Positions 11,952-23,418 of a stretch of 64,000 nt of DNA are shown here, in pieces. Made by a program: the position numbers and the translations under genes. The stretch lies in the NCBI GenBank assembly GCA_009914755.4, contig CP068257.2, positions 39,552,001 to 39,616,000 of the forward strand, read 5' to 3'. Each line of letters opens with the position of its first letter. Position 1 is the first letter of the stretch. The notes beneath the pieces were generated by a model, which searched no databases, was not told where the DNA came from, and was given only the letters and a program-made list of their open reading frames with translations. Source of the DNA: the human T2T-CHM13v2.0 reference genome, Homo sapiens.

Positions 11952-14784
11952 GCAGCACCCCCACCAGCAGCCAAAGAAAACAATTTCTAAAGCAGCCCCC
12001 AGGATTTCATGCCACGGGGGTGGTGAGGGGTAGGAGGAGGTGGAAAGCATTGAATCAGAAAGTCTTCCAGGTACCAGCAATGCCAGGGTTAATATGGTCT
12101 GGCTTGCTTTTCAGGTGAGCACCTGTAGCTGGCAGGAAAGTGGCTTCTTGGTGGAGGTGGGCATGAATTCCAGAAGCCTTGGAGAGACATCCAGAGCCCT
12201 TCCCACTACATCGTGCTGCCTCCTGGGGAAATTCCTAAGCTTTTTTTGAATCAGAAAAGCCACTGACAAGCAGACAGAATTGTGTGGCTTGCGCAGTGAT
12301 TGGAGAGCTAGGTGCTTTGGGTACTAGTCCCAGAGCTGCTACTTGTCGAATGTTGGGTATTGGAGAGAAGTCATTTGAGCTGTCTGAGCCTCTGTTTCCT
12401 CATCTGTAAATCAGGGAATTTGAACAAGTGACCTCAGATTCCTTCTAGAAGCTCTAACAGTCAATGATATCATCTATTTCATTTGAGAGAATCTCCATAG
12501 CTCTAATTTTTTGCCCCCAGACCAATCTGCTTCAGCTTTGTGTGGGTGCAACACCTGGGGTCCTGTTAAAATGCAGAATCGGATTCAGTGACCGAGAGCA
12601 GAGCTGAGGGTGGCTGCTGCCAGCTCACAGGTCACACTTGGAGTCGTTGCTTCTTTCCCCAAACCAGCTGCCGATGGTTCCTGGAAAGAGCAGGAATACC
12701 TTGCAGAAGGGCCTAGAAATAGAGATTCCCATATGCAGTCCAGACTTATTGGGTGAGCCTGTCTGCACTAGGACCTGAGAATCTGCATTTTATTATATCC
12801 CTTGAGTCCCCTTTAAGCAGCCACGCTGGCCCCAGCCATTGGACTCTATTTGGAGGCCACTGCAGAGGCCAGATGCCCCTCTGCTCGGCGGTTTCCTGTG
12901 CAGAAAGGCTGTGTTCTTTCTTCTTCCTAAATACTCTTCCTAGGTTAAGTGTTTCCTTCTCTTTGCCCATCTAGAAAATCTCCACCTCAAGCAGGTCGTG
13001 TTCCAAAAACTCCTCGTGTTGGGCAAGTGGAAAACACGCAGTTTTTTCTAGGGGTCTCATTCTGAGGCGGTGCTGCTGAAAATCTTGGTGCTGAACGTGT
13101 GTTTTTGAGATTTCCAGTCTATCACGGGGCCACAAGGTGTAAATATCAAGAAAAATGAATTACTAGAAAGGCAAAGTGAAAAAGACATACAAAATACAAG
13201 TGTCATTCTTTTTATTCTTAGTTTGGACAGATACTCCATTCTTCTACACTGGTCCCACGGTTTCTGAAGCTTCCTGTAATGATCAGTGGTTACCTTGTTG
13301 CCCAAGTAACTGCAAATCCCTCCTCTACAAAGTGTGCTTGCTCCAAGGCAGTGCAAACTAGAAGTTGTTACAAATGGTTCCAGTAACAAATTTGTTTGGC
13401 GGCCTTTTCCCATGAATGAGACAGTGGTTATTTTTGCTAAAGCAGAAAGGAAATGTGATACTATTGGGCTGTGTTTTGCCCTCTGGAGTAATCCTGCTTG
13501 GGGAAAATGGAGGCTTGTTCCAGAATGCAGAAATCCCTGTTAAATTAGGCAGTCTTGGGCTGGAGGACGTGTGCCTGCCTCCCCAGTGCCTCACAACTCA
13601 CATCTCTAAAGGCCACTCAGGTGGGACACCATCAAGACATTGAAAATCGACAGAAGGAAGGCAGGAAGGGGAGAGGATCGAACCTGTCAAAATAGATATT
13701 CAGAAAATCTGTGCTCTAAAATAAGGCAGCCCTTCCCTCACAGCACACTTATTCCTAATTTCAACAGGACTCCTAGTCTTGCCCCACAGCGTCACAGCCT
13801 ACAGCAAATTAGAAACTGGGGTGGGGGGCGGATATTATTCCACCAGTAATACCCTTGGGACGGGGCACACAAGATGTTTGCCCTCCTACCTCTCTGTCAC
13901 CTTCCCAAGAAAGGGTCAAGATGAAACAGTGTGCGTTTATGGTATTGCGAGAGTTAAGTGAGCTGCGGTGTATTAGAACCTTAGCCTCGCGCAGCGTCAG
14001 CCGTGTGGTAAGTGTTCCATAAATCTTCGTTTAGAAAAAGTGGCAAATTCCAGGCTGCTAGTAAACAAAGGAGGGAAGACAGACAAAACGGAACAGCAAC
14101 AACAGAAAACCCAAGAACTAGATGCCCAACAATCTGGGTCTGTATCTTGAAGGAATGTGCATCCTGTCCTCTGACTGCAAACCCAGGCCTTCTGTGGCCC
14201 CACGATGCTGCCTCCTAGCCCTCCTAAGGTGGGAATGGAGCTTTACCCCTTGGTGGCAAACAGACCTGGCTCCATGGATCTCAACCTGGGGTGATTGTGT
14301 CCCCACCCCAGGGGACATCTGGCATCCTCTGGGGACATTTTGAGTTCTCACAACTTAGAGGGTGCTACTGGCGTCCTGTGGGTGGAGACTGGAAGTGCTG
14401 CTCGGCATTCTTTGCCGTACAGGGCAGCCCCCACAACAAAGAACGATCTGGTCCAAAATGGCAACCATGCCAAGATTGAGAAATCCTGGTTACTCGACAC
14501 AGCAGGTCGGCTGGCCTAGGAGTTGCTGCCCAGAGAGGCAAAGGGAGAATGTCCAGTGGAAACAGCTGCCCTGAGCATACAGGGCACGCTGACACCTGCT
14601 GATTCCCCCATCCTTAAGGTCCTGTATTGTTCCTAACACCACGTGGATCTTCTTGCCAGATGCATTAAAGTGTGAGAAGAGTTAAAAATCACTTATAACT
14701 GGAGTGACTGGGGGTTAAAGAGGAGAAAAAATTTGAACCTGACTCAAAGGATGAGCATGTTTTTCTTTCTTTCTTCGGCACATT

Positions 14785-15072
14785 GGCTGGGTGTGGCGGC
14801 TCCATGGCTATAATCCCAGCACTTTGGAAGGCCGAGGTGGGAGGATTGCTTGAGGTTAGGAGTTCAAGATCAGCCTAGGCAACATAGCAAGTCCCTATCT
14901 ATATAATTTTTTTTTTAAATTAGCCAAGCTTGGTGGTGCATGCCTGTAGTCCCAGCTACTCAGGAGGCTGAGGCAGGAGGATCACTTGAGCTCAGGAGTT
15001 CAAGGCTGCAATGAATTACGATTGTGCCACTGCACTCCAGCATGTGCAACAGAGCAAGACCTTGCCTCAAAA
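14785..15072 (+). mobile_element. Alu SINE
   Basis: GGCTGGGTGTGGCGGCTCCATGGCTATAATCCCAGCACTTTGGAAGGCCGAGGTGGGAGG ... ends ...caagaccttgcctcaaaa. Confidence 0.9.
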
Positions 15073-15396
15073 CATATTAAGCACCTACTGCATGTCAGGG
15101 CCTTGGTCTAAGCCCTGGTATGCAACAGTCAACTAGACAGAGAGAGTCTTGGCTTTTACAGAACCTCCCCTTATAAGGAAGACAGATTGTCAAGGAAGTA
15201 AACAGACTTTTAGAGGAGTGCTGTGAGACAGTGCCATGTGGGAAGGGGTATTGGTGAAAGAATCCTGCTTTATAAGGGCGGTTATGGAAGACCTCTCTGA
15301 GGAGGTGCAATTTGAGATGAGATTGGCTTGAGGAGGACTGAGCCTTCAGAAGTTAGGGAAAGCGTGTCCCAGGCTGCAGCCAGGGAGGTGAAGACT

Positions 15397-15930
15397 TGAG
15401 GGTGTCAGGGTGAGGAGTGAGGGTGTCAGGGTGACTGAGGGTGCCAGGGTGAGGAGTGAGGGTGTCAGGGTGAGGAGTGAGGGTGTCCAGGGTGAGGAGT
15501 GAGGGTGTCAGGGTGAGGAGTGAGGGTGTCCAGGTTGAGTGAGGGTGTCCAGGATGAGGAGTGAGGGTGTCCAGGGTGAGGAGTGAGGGAGTCCAGGGTG
15601 AGGAGTGAGGGAGTCCAGGGTGAGGATTGAGGGTGTCAGGGTGAGTGAGAGTGTCCAGGGTGAGGAGTGAGGGTATCCAGGGTGAGTGAGGGTGTCCAGG
15701 GTGAGGAGTGAGGGTATCCAGGGTGAGTGAGGGTGTCCAGGGTGAGTGAGGGTGTCAGGGTGAGTGAACGTGTCCAGGGTGAGTGAGGGTGTCCAGGGTG
15801 CAGAGTGAGGTGTCCAGGGTGAGGAGTGACGGTGTCTGGGGTGAGTGAGGGTGTCCAGGGTGAGGAGTGAGGGTGTCAGGGTGAGTGAGGGTGTCCAGGG
15901 TGAGTGCACATGTGTGGTGAGGAGGTGTTT
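15397..15930 (+). repeat. G-rich minisatellite/VNTR, about 24 tandem copies of a roughly 22-bp unit GGGTGTCCAGGGTGAGGAGTGA (variants of 17-23 bp)
   Basis: Directly visible tandem array with unit variants such as GGGTGTCAGGGTGAGTGA and GGGAGTCCAGGGTGAGGAGTGA. Each unit contains two or more GGG runs. The minus-strand ORF 15508-15960 with repetitive HPHSSPWTPSLTL is a translation artefact of this array. Confidence 0.9.
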
Positions 15931-16203
15931 GCAGTGCTTCAGGCGCAGCAACTCTTTCATCTAGTTTAAAATTGTGCTCTGAGGTTAGATTTTAGTAGAA
16001 CAAAGGCCTTACAAAGAATGTGAAAACATTGTGCTTCCCTGCTTACAGGCAATTAAAAAGGAGAATCAAGCTGAGGGTGCCTGGTGTGGGGTGGGGTGGA
16101 GAAGACCACAGAGACTATTGTGTGTTTTATTCAACAGTGTCCTGGGCTGCTTTCTCCAGAAATGTCCCTGACACATGGATGTAAGTGTGGCTAGTTTACT
16201 GGG

Positions 16204-16661
16204 AGATGATCCCAGTGATGCAGGACAGGCGAGCCCTAAGATTGAAGCATAGCCCGGGAGGGTTCTTAGCTTTGCCCAGGAAGGAACTCAAGGGCAAGCC
16301 AGTGGTGTTAGCAACTTTTATTGAAGCGGCCGGCTGTGCACAGCAGCAGCAGAGGCGCTGCTCCTTGCAAAGCAGGGCTGCCCTACAGGCTGTGCGCCCA
16401 CAGTAGCAGCTCAGAGGCAGTTCTGCAGTGGTATTTGTATCCACTTTTAATTATATGCAAATGAAGGGGCAGTTTATGCAGACATTTCCAGGGTGAGGGT
16501 GGTAACTTCTGGGTGCTGCCAGAGCCATGGTGAACTGACTTGACACAGGTCGGTGTGTCCTATGGAAACTAGCATCTGCCCTGGACCTATTTTAGCTAGT
16601 GCTCAGTTTGGTCTGAGTGCCTGAGCCCCACTTCCAGAGTTGAGTCCCACCTCCTACCTCA
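16204..16661 (-). repeat. 3' LTR of the provirus (retains the octamer plus TATA-like TTTGCATATAATTAAAAG and an AATAAA polyadenylation signal)
   Basis: Direct repeat of 22931-23418. In proviral orientation it begins TGAGGTAGGAGGTGGGAC and contains GCTTCAATAAAAGTTGCTAACACC. Confidence 0.75.
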
Positions 16662-18472
16662 TTCCCCCTTCAGAGATTAGATACTCCTCCTTAATCTTAA
16701 GGGGGCTGCAGAAGGGCGGAGATCTGTTTTCCGTAACTACTTCCTGCTGAGTTTATGGACGTAGGCCCTGCCTGGCACTGGAGGAGTAAAAATCTCTGGA
16801 TACCTGATCTAAGGAGCCCAGAGGCAGGACGATTTCATTCTCCGTGTCAGTGGACAGGATGGGCTGGAAGCCTTGTGCCAGCATTGTCTCTGGAACTGTG
16901 GTAATCTAGAATACACAAACTTTACTAAGAGGTTAAAGAAGCAAGGACCAAACATTTGTAACAAGACAGTTGTCAAAGGTCCTAGAAGAGGTGAAAAACA
17001 GGTGAGACTTGGGAAGGCACTTTTGATGGTTGACCAGATATAGTTGGGGGCAGTGCCCTGGTTATATCTATGTAACTAGGTAGCTTGCTCATAGATCTTT
17101 TGAATGTTAACCTCAACCTGTCCAGAGTTAATATATGTGCAGCAGGTTTTATTAATAACTGCACAAGACCCCACCTTGTTCAGCTAGTAAATAATCCAAT
17201 GCTAGTCTGTTATCAACAACTACATTTTCCAGAGTCTGGGGAACTCTTGAATTCTCTTTAATGCCTGATCTCCGTTGGTGGCTAAGGATTCTAGGATTTG
17301 AGCCAAGTTCTTTAGCGTTAACTCATGGTAGGCAAAGCCACCCCAGGGTGCTGCTAGTCCTATTGCCACCCTGATTCCTGCCAGAATTAGTTTTATTGCT
17401 TACTTATTTCTGATATTCTTGGGTCCTAGGCGTTATAGATTGTGACCCCTGGAGGGGTAAGAGTGGCCAACGTTCATTCATGTCAGTTCCAAGTTTTTTA
17501 GATACAAGGGAAAGCTATTCCTTAAAGAAGAGGTGACTCCTTAGGGAGTTGGAGTGGTTACAGGGTGTGACTTCTTCCCATTCATAGTCACAAACAAAAA
17601 TGAACCCAACTAGGGCACCAAGAGAAGCCCTGCGGGGTGCGATGTTTATACTTCATTGCCAGGTTGGGTCTATAGAGATATTTTCCACCTGTTCTCATGG
17701 TGGTGGTTGAACAATCTTTGTTTTCTAGAAGAAGGTAGTACTGTCACCTTCCCAGATCAGGCAGTTGTTTTTCCTTTGTATGTTCCCATCCGGGAGAAGG
17801 TACCATATATGGTCTTTTCACTCACAAATGGAATCTCATTTACCTCCCCGTGGTCTTGGAAACTTGGCAACTAGAGTTGGACCAGAGCATCGCAGGGAAG
17901 CTTCCACTTTTGTGTCATTAATGCAAGAGTGGATGCAAATGTTAGAGTTATGAGTGCACTGGAGATATAGATGCCCAACTTCCCAGATTCCGATAATAGT
18001 GGTCAGGGCAGGGGGACAGCAGGGTCCAGGGGGGATCCACTAAGTGGGGAAGAGTTCCACTTCACAATAGGGGTTTGGGTATTTTGGGGTGCTATGGTTA
18101 GTTAGGAGGTCTGGGGACATGGTCCTGAGATTTTCCAGATAGGTCGGAAGATGAAACTGTCTATCCTGGGGGTGTTGATGACAAATCTGGCAGCCATAAA
18201 GATGATTCTATGATGCTATAATTTTTGAAATATTTACTGTAGAATTTTGTCCACCCTCCCTGTCCACATACACACTAGCTTAGGTTAATTAGAAGAGCAA
18301 ACAGAATTAACAGTGGCATCATGGTATCTGGTTGGGTCTTAGAGTAGCTTCTATACCCAACAAGCCCACAGGAGATGTTTCCCAGGAGGAGGTGGCTGGT
18401 TAAAGCCATAGAAAGGAAGTACTACAGTCAGGAAGAAGAGCAAGATCAATGCTCCTATTCCCATCTACAGCA

Positions 18473-18694
18473 TTACATTACCTCTTCTGGCTGAGTGTTG
18501 ATTATTTTAAATAGGTAGCAGAGGTCTTCCAAAGCTTTACTGATATTGGTTGTGGTTGTAGTGCCCTTCCTTTGTGCCTGTGACTCATAAGAAACAGGTT
18601 TAGTCCTGGATCTGTGTGCCCAAGTAGGTGTTCCCTGAAGTTTAACAGCAGTGGGGGTACTTAACAATACCTGATAAGGCCCCTTCCATTTCAT
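18473..18694 (-). pseudogene. Retroviral integrase C-terminal fragment (end of pol)
   Basis: The ORF MKWKGPYQVLLSTPTAVKLQGTPTWAHRSRTKPV matches the conserved gammaretroviral integrase C-terminal block (WKGPY.VLLTTPTA.K..G...W.H...K). Confidence 0.65.
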
Positions 18695-20347
18695 TGTAAT
18701 TGATTCTTGGGGTATCCCTGTCTTTACCCTGTCTTTAAGGTTTTAGCAAGACTAAGTCTCCTGGTTGAACCGGGGAGCTATTTTTTCCTTTGTGGGGAAG
18801 GACAGTATTTTATTTTTATATTGGAGGGCCTTTTGAACCTGTCCTAAATTCTAAAGGGGAGGGGGGAAGGTTCATATAGGTAATTACTACAAGCCAAGAC
18901 CACAGCAGCTCAACACATAAAATCCATAGACAAATCAGTTTTACAACCCCATTTCCTGGCTTCTAGTTCTTGGCTTCCATACTGCTCAAAAGGAGTTCAA
19001 GGGCCAATGAGTGCCCGCCCACCTCCACACTCATGCACTGTGCAGATGACTTACACAGACCATCTACAACATAGCTGAATTTCCTGACATGTTCTATACT
19101 ACCTCTTTCTTAAAGTTATTTTACTCTAGGATAGGGAATTTACTATACAGGATTCCTCCACATATAAAATTACTCTTTCTTTATATCCTTCCTTGCAAAA
19201 CAAACAAAAAATACATTTTCTATTCATAATATTCTTTACATCTCTCTTTTCTACTCACTGGTTCACTCATGTTTTGAACCTCCCATTTAGTAACTTCCGG
19301 ATTAGACAAAAAATTTTTTCTCAATAAAGAATACATTTCTTTAGCACATTTTATGGAAACCTAGGAAGGAAGAAGTCATGAACTTCACACTAGACATTGT
19401 CATTCTATAACTGAGAACCATTCTACCATTTTATGATTTTAAACCACACATTAAGCATATCCCATTTACGTGTATTTAATTATTTCACTTTTAACTTTAT
19501 CTAGATCACCGAGAACCAAGGTACCATGCAAAGCTGGTCACCATTTAAAGCCATTTTAACCATTTTAAAGCCTATGAACATCAGTGACTTACCTAGGTAA
19601 AAATCCTAAAGTTAAATTTTAGAAGATACAAGATTCTCTTCAAACTAATAAGCTTTCAGTAGTCTTATTTGTTGAATGTATGAGTGTTCTTTTATCTATA
19701 AGCCAGTTTGACAGCACGCTAGATGTAACACACATCACAATACATGTACATATACCCAAAAACATATTAAATAAAATGACCTATACAAGACAACTGGATT
19801 CAAGTTATTTACAGAACTGGGACCCATCTACCTGGCCAAATTTTGTTTGCCCCGATAGGTATGGAAAACAGGAAAAGGCAGGACAGGGAATCCCATAGCA
19901 TCAACTAAAAAGGGGAGGAAGCAAACTGCATTGCTCAAAAGGAGATTCTGGAGTCCCCACGCCACTGGAGAGCACACTCAGTGGTGGAAATACCAAAGAA
20001 AAATGTTCAGGCGGCTGCTTATCTGCCACTGTGGAAAGCTGTCCTCTGGGACAGTAAACTTACTTGAGCTAAGCAGCTCACTGGGGCTAGTAGGAGAAGG
20101 TTAGCTCTAGTATTGATGGAAGCTTTTTGTTGTTATTGTTCTCTCTCACCAGAGCAGTTAGGACATTTGCATTGCCAGGGGCCCTTTTGCGTATAGTAGG
20201 CGCAGTGATTCTGGCCCAGGGGTCAGCAAGTCAGGCATCAAGTCTTGTCTAGGCATCCCAGATGCTAATTTTGTAACATTTTCTCAAGATGAGTAATCCT
20301 GAGGGGCAAGGAGGCTTAAAGTCACTGTTAACAATTGTACTTTTTGG

Positions 20348-20650
20348 CTATTTCTTTTTACTCCCCTCTTTTGCCCTGTCCCTGTTGTTGTAAACTTTAA
20401 AGGCTATGTTTAAGCGTCGTTTCATAGGACTTGAAGGTCCCATTGCTGCTTTTTGTAGATTCCTCCTAATGTCAGGAGAAGATTGAATGAGAAAATGTAT
20501 ACCCAGGAGAGCTTGCCCTTCTGGGGTGTCTGGGCCTGCATTAGTATATTTCCTGAGTGCTTCAACTAAAAGACCCTGAAACAGAGCGGGATTTTCATCT
20601 TTTCCCCGAGTTACTTCTTTAACCTTGTCATAATTGACTGGCTTAACCAC
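20348..20650 (-). pseudogene. Retroviral gag capsid C-terminal fragment (major-homology-region neighbourhood)
   Basis: The ORF ...PVNYDKVKEVTRGKDENPALFQGLLVEALRKYTNAGPDTPEGQALLGIHFLIQSSPDIRRNLQK... resembles gammaretroviral capsid (MLV ...[28 protein letters not shown]...APDIGRKLERL; HERV-W ...EENPTAFLDRLREALRKHT...ADIRKNFKSL). Confidence 0.7.
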
Positions 20651-21049
20651 ACACTTTTTCCTCTACTTTTTTTTCCCCACAGCACAGCAAGCGGATGACA
20701 ATATTTGTAAATCGTGGCAATTTGAAGAACATAGTCAACGTAACAAACTCTTGTATAAGCTTTTCTGGTTTATCTGAAAACTGGCCAATTCTTTCCTTTT
20801 ATAAGGTCTAATTAGACATGGAAAGTGGCATATGTACTCTTTGAGTGTTCCCTCATTTCCATCAACTACTTTCCACAGTGGACACAGGCTTGACCTTAGG
20901 GGCTGATATGGAGCCCCACTCCTGGTGTACTGGTTGGGCTCATTTTCTTGGGCAGCAGAGGGTATAGGCTAGGGCTAGTTGGATAAGGGGGAAAGGTGCC
21001 TGATGATATTGGGGTGGAATCTCATTAGGGAATTGGCGAGAACCCCCAC

Positions 21050-21427
21050 TCAGGACTGGGGGACTGAAGAGACTCTGGGGAGGCTTATGAACTTTCTATG
21101 GGGAGCAGCTAGGTGGGGATCCCTTATGCATGGCATTCTAATGCCTGGAAGTAACGTGATCCAGTATAGAGCCATAAAAGCCTGTACATAAGGGATCTCT
21201 TCCCATTTTCCTTCTCTTTTACAAAATAAGCCTAATCGTAAAATATCACTATAGTATATAGAACCATGTTTAGGCCAGATATATTCGTCATCTAACTTGT
21301 ATTTAACCCAAATGGTGTTGCAATACAAAATGAGTTTCTTTTTCTTTAAGCCAAATTTGAATTTGCTCCAATAGCTTAAAAGACACCCTAGCGGCGAGTC
21401 CCTTGGGATACTCCTTGTTGTCCCCAT
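21050..21427 (-). pseudogene. Retroviral gag matrix (MA) N-terminal ORF remnant, 125 aa, starting MG (myristoylation-type)
   Basis: The ORF MGTTRSIPRDSPLGCLLSYWSKFKFGLKKKKLILYCNTIWVKYKLDDEYIWPKHGSIYYSDILRLGLFCKREGKWEEIPYVQAF... follows the HERV-W/9-type gag pattern recalled as MGNIPPKAKTPLRCILENW...KKRFIFFCSTAWPQYPL...[34 protein letters not shown]. Confidence 0.7.
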
Positions 21428-22912
21428 GCCTATATTAAGGATCTCTCTACAGAGGGTTTTATTAGCCCAAGTTTAGCAAAAGCCTAGTTACTCTTCCCTC
21501 TTAAATTCCCGTGTTCTTTAAAGGTGTAAATATAGATAGCAAGGTGTTATAAAAATGGATTATGAGCTACGAATGGGCAGTCGAATGTGGAGCCTAAATT
21601 CCATAGAGATCTAGAGTTGGGTGGAGAGGGGGCTAAACAAATGGAGGAAGGGAAAGGGGTAAACAGCGTTGCCCAAGGGGAGACCTCAGAGGCTCTGACT
21701 TGCTGAAGAACCTACCCAGTAGTGGAGATACTGAAAAAAATATTGGGCTGGCCACTTGTCTACCACTGTAGGTGGCTGACTGCCAGGCCAGGAGCCTGGG
21801 AGCTCCCAATTCCTTTGACCAAGAGCAGCTTAGGCAAGGGAGTTATAAGACAGTACACAGGAAGGAGCTTGCAATTGGCTATTAGGAAAATAATACTCCT
21901 AACTTCAGGGTGGAAAAAGACAAGACCAATATTCGCCTAGCGAAAGGGGTATAACCCACAATCCTAGAGGAAATGTCAGTGCTAAAAACCCCAGAGCATC
22001 TGGAGGGTGGCCTATAATACCGATGCTGAGAACCCAAAATGCCTGCGTTTCAGCCAACAAGGATGCCCTCGCCAAAGCAGCTGTGCACAGCAGTGCCAAA
22101 AACCCTGGGGTACCCAGTGGGCGGCCAACCCCGTGAACCCAAGACCAGGTTACAGAACATAGAACAACGTGACAACGTGACTCTGGTATCCCAGAGTCAA
22201 CACAACAGGGGACCTCTCACAACCAAGTGTCCTGCCTTAAACAATTGCCCAAATACAATTAACAGAAAGTCGAAAGCAAACATAAGACTCCAAACAAGAC
22301 ATACATGTTAGGACTGAAAATGAAACCAAAGTGGAGCAATAAAATGGAGTCAGAGGAGAAAGAACCAGGTGAAGGGGTGGCAAGAATGTGCTTCAAGGCA
22401 CCTAAACCGTGGGGAACTGACCGCTTAGCCAAAGGCTTTTATTTCCTAGCTTACCTGATATTACTGGGGGAGGGTGCAAAGGGGACTCTCACCCATCCAC
22501 AGAAGACAAAATGGCACCAGCCAGTCTTCCACGTGGGACCCGGGTGCAGGTCTCTCTAGGTTCCCCAGCTTGGGGGTGCTCAGCTTCTGTGTCGGGGGCT
22601 GGCTCGTTAGAGCAGTGGGTCCCACACGAGGCAGCTGTACTATGGACACTTGGCTGTCCACTCAGTTTCACCACCTGCCAGGGAAAGATGATGGCTGTGA
22701 AAAGAGGCACTGGTTAGGGTTAGAGCTCGGTAGTGTTAGCAGCTCTTTATTGGTACTTCCTCAGTGTTACAGATCTTACATCCTCAATCACAGACTGCTT
22801 CACCGTCTCTTGCTGTCTTGCCAACTGCTGTCTCTTGTCTCTCACCAATTGCTGCCTCTCTGTCTCTGCTGTCTTGCCTCTCTGCCAATTGCCACCATCT
22901 CCGCTGTCCTTG

Positions 22913-22930
22913 TCCCTTTGCTGGTTGCCA
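22913..22930 (-). other. Primer-binding site remnant (TGGCAACCAGCAAAGGGAC; closest to a tRNA-Arg-type PBS, degraded)
   Basis: Starts with TGG, 2 nt downstream of the LTR end in proviral orientation. About 14 of 18 positions match the recalled tRNA-Arg-complementary PBS TGGCGACCACGAAGGGAC. The tRNA assignment is tentative. Confidence 0.45.
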
Positions 22931-23418
22931 GATGATGCAGGACAGGCAAGCCCCAAGACTGGGGCTTAGCCTGGGAGAGTTCTTGGATTTGCCCAAAGAT
23001 TCAAGGGTGAGCTGGTGGTGTTAGGCAGCAGCTTTCATGGAAGCAGCTGTGCACAGCAGCGCCAGAGATGCCGCTCCTTGCAGATCAGGGCTGCTCCATA
23101 GGCTGTGTGCCCTGAGTAGCAGCTCAGAGGCAGTTCTGCAGTCATATTTATACCTACCTTTAACTATATGCAAATTAATGGGCGGTGTATGCAGATACTT
23201 CTAGGATGAGGGTGGTAACCTTAGGGCCATTGGGTCATTGCCATGGAAAGGGGTGGTAACTTCTGGGTGTTGCCATGGAAACGGTAAACCGACATGGCAT
23301 GCTGGTGGGTGTGTCCTATGGAAAACTGCATCTGCCCTGACCTGTTTTAGCTAGTGCTCAGTTTGGTCCTATGTCCAAGCCTTGCCTCTGGAATCAAGTC
23401 CCGCCTCCTGCCTCACCA
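22931..23418 (-). repeat. 5' LTR of the provirus (U3 contains an ATTTGCAT octamer and a TATA-like ATATAGTTAA; AATAAA is mutated to ATGAAA in this copy)
   Basis: Aligns by eye along its length with the copy at 16204-16661. In proviral orientation it begins TGGTGAGGCAGGAGG and ends ...CCTGCATCATC, followed by the primer-binding site. Confidence 0.75.

Larger units (their letters stand above)
16204..23418 (-). mobile_element. Degraded class-I (gammaretrovirus-like, HERV-W/HERV-9/HERV-H group) endogenous provirus with both LTRs, antisense to BACE2
   Basis: Two direct repeats of about 460-490 bp at 16204-16661 and 22931-23418, roughly 80-85% identical, flank about 6.3 kb of internal sequence. The internal sequence carries minus-strand gag MA, gag CA and integrase C-terminal homologies in the correct order. 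A tRNA-type primer-binding site, TGGCAACCAGCAAAGGGAC, lies directly inside the upstream LTR. Confidence 0.8.

Noticed and set aside
12480-14520. Several fragments resembling old MIR/L2/MER-type repeats (e.g. ...tgttaaaatgcagaatcggattcagtgacc..., ...gggacatctggcatcctctggggacattttgagttctcacaacttagagggtgctactggcgtc...)
   Set aside because: I recognise these as pieces of common ancient mammalian repeats but cannot assign family or boundaries without RepeatMasker, so they are left out of the feature table.
15397-15930. Possible CRISPR-like array (regular short direct repeats)
   Set aside because: There are no unique spacers between repeats (the units abut each other), no cas genes, and the context is human genomic DNA. 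It is a minisatellite.
15508-15960. 150-aa minus-strand ORF with reiterated HPHSSPWTPSLTL motifs
   Set aside because: It is the translation of the 22-bp minisatellite. The periodic peptide repeats mirror the DNA repeat, so it is not a gene.
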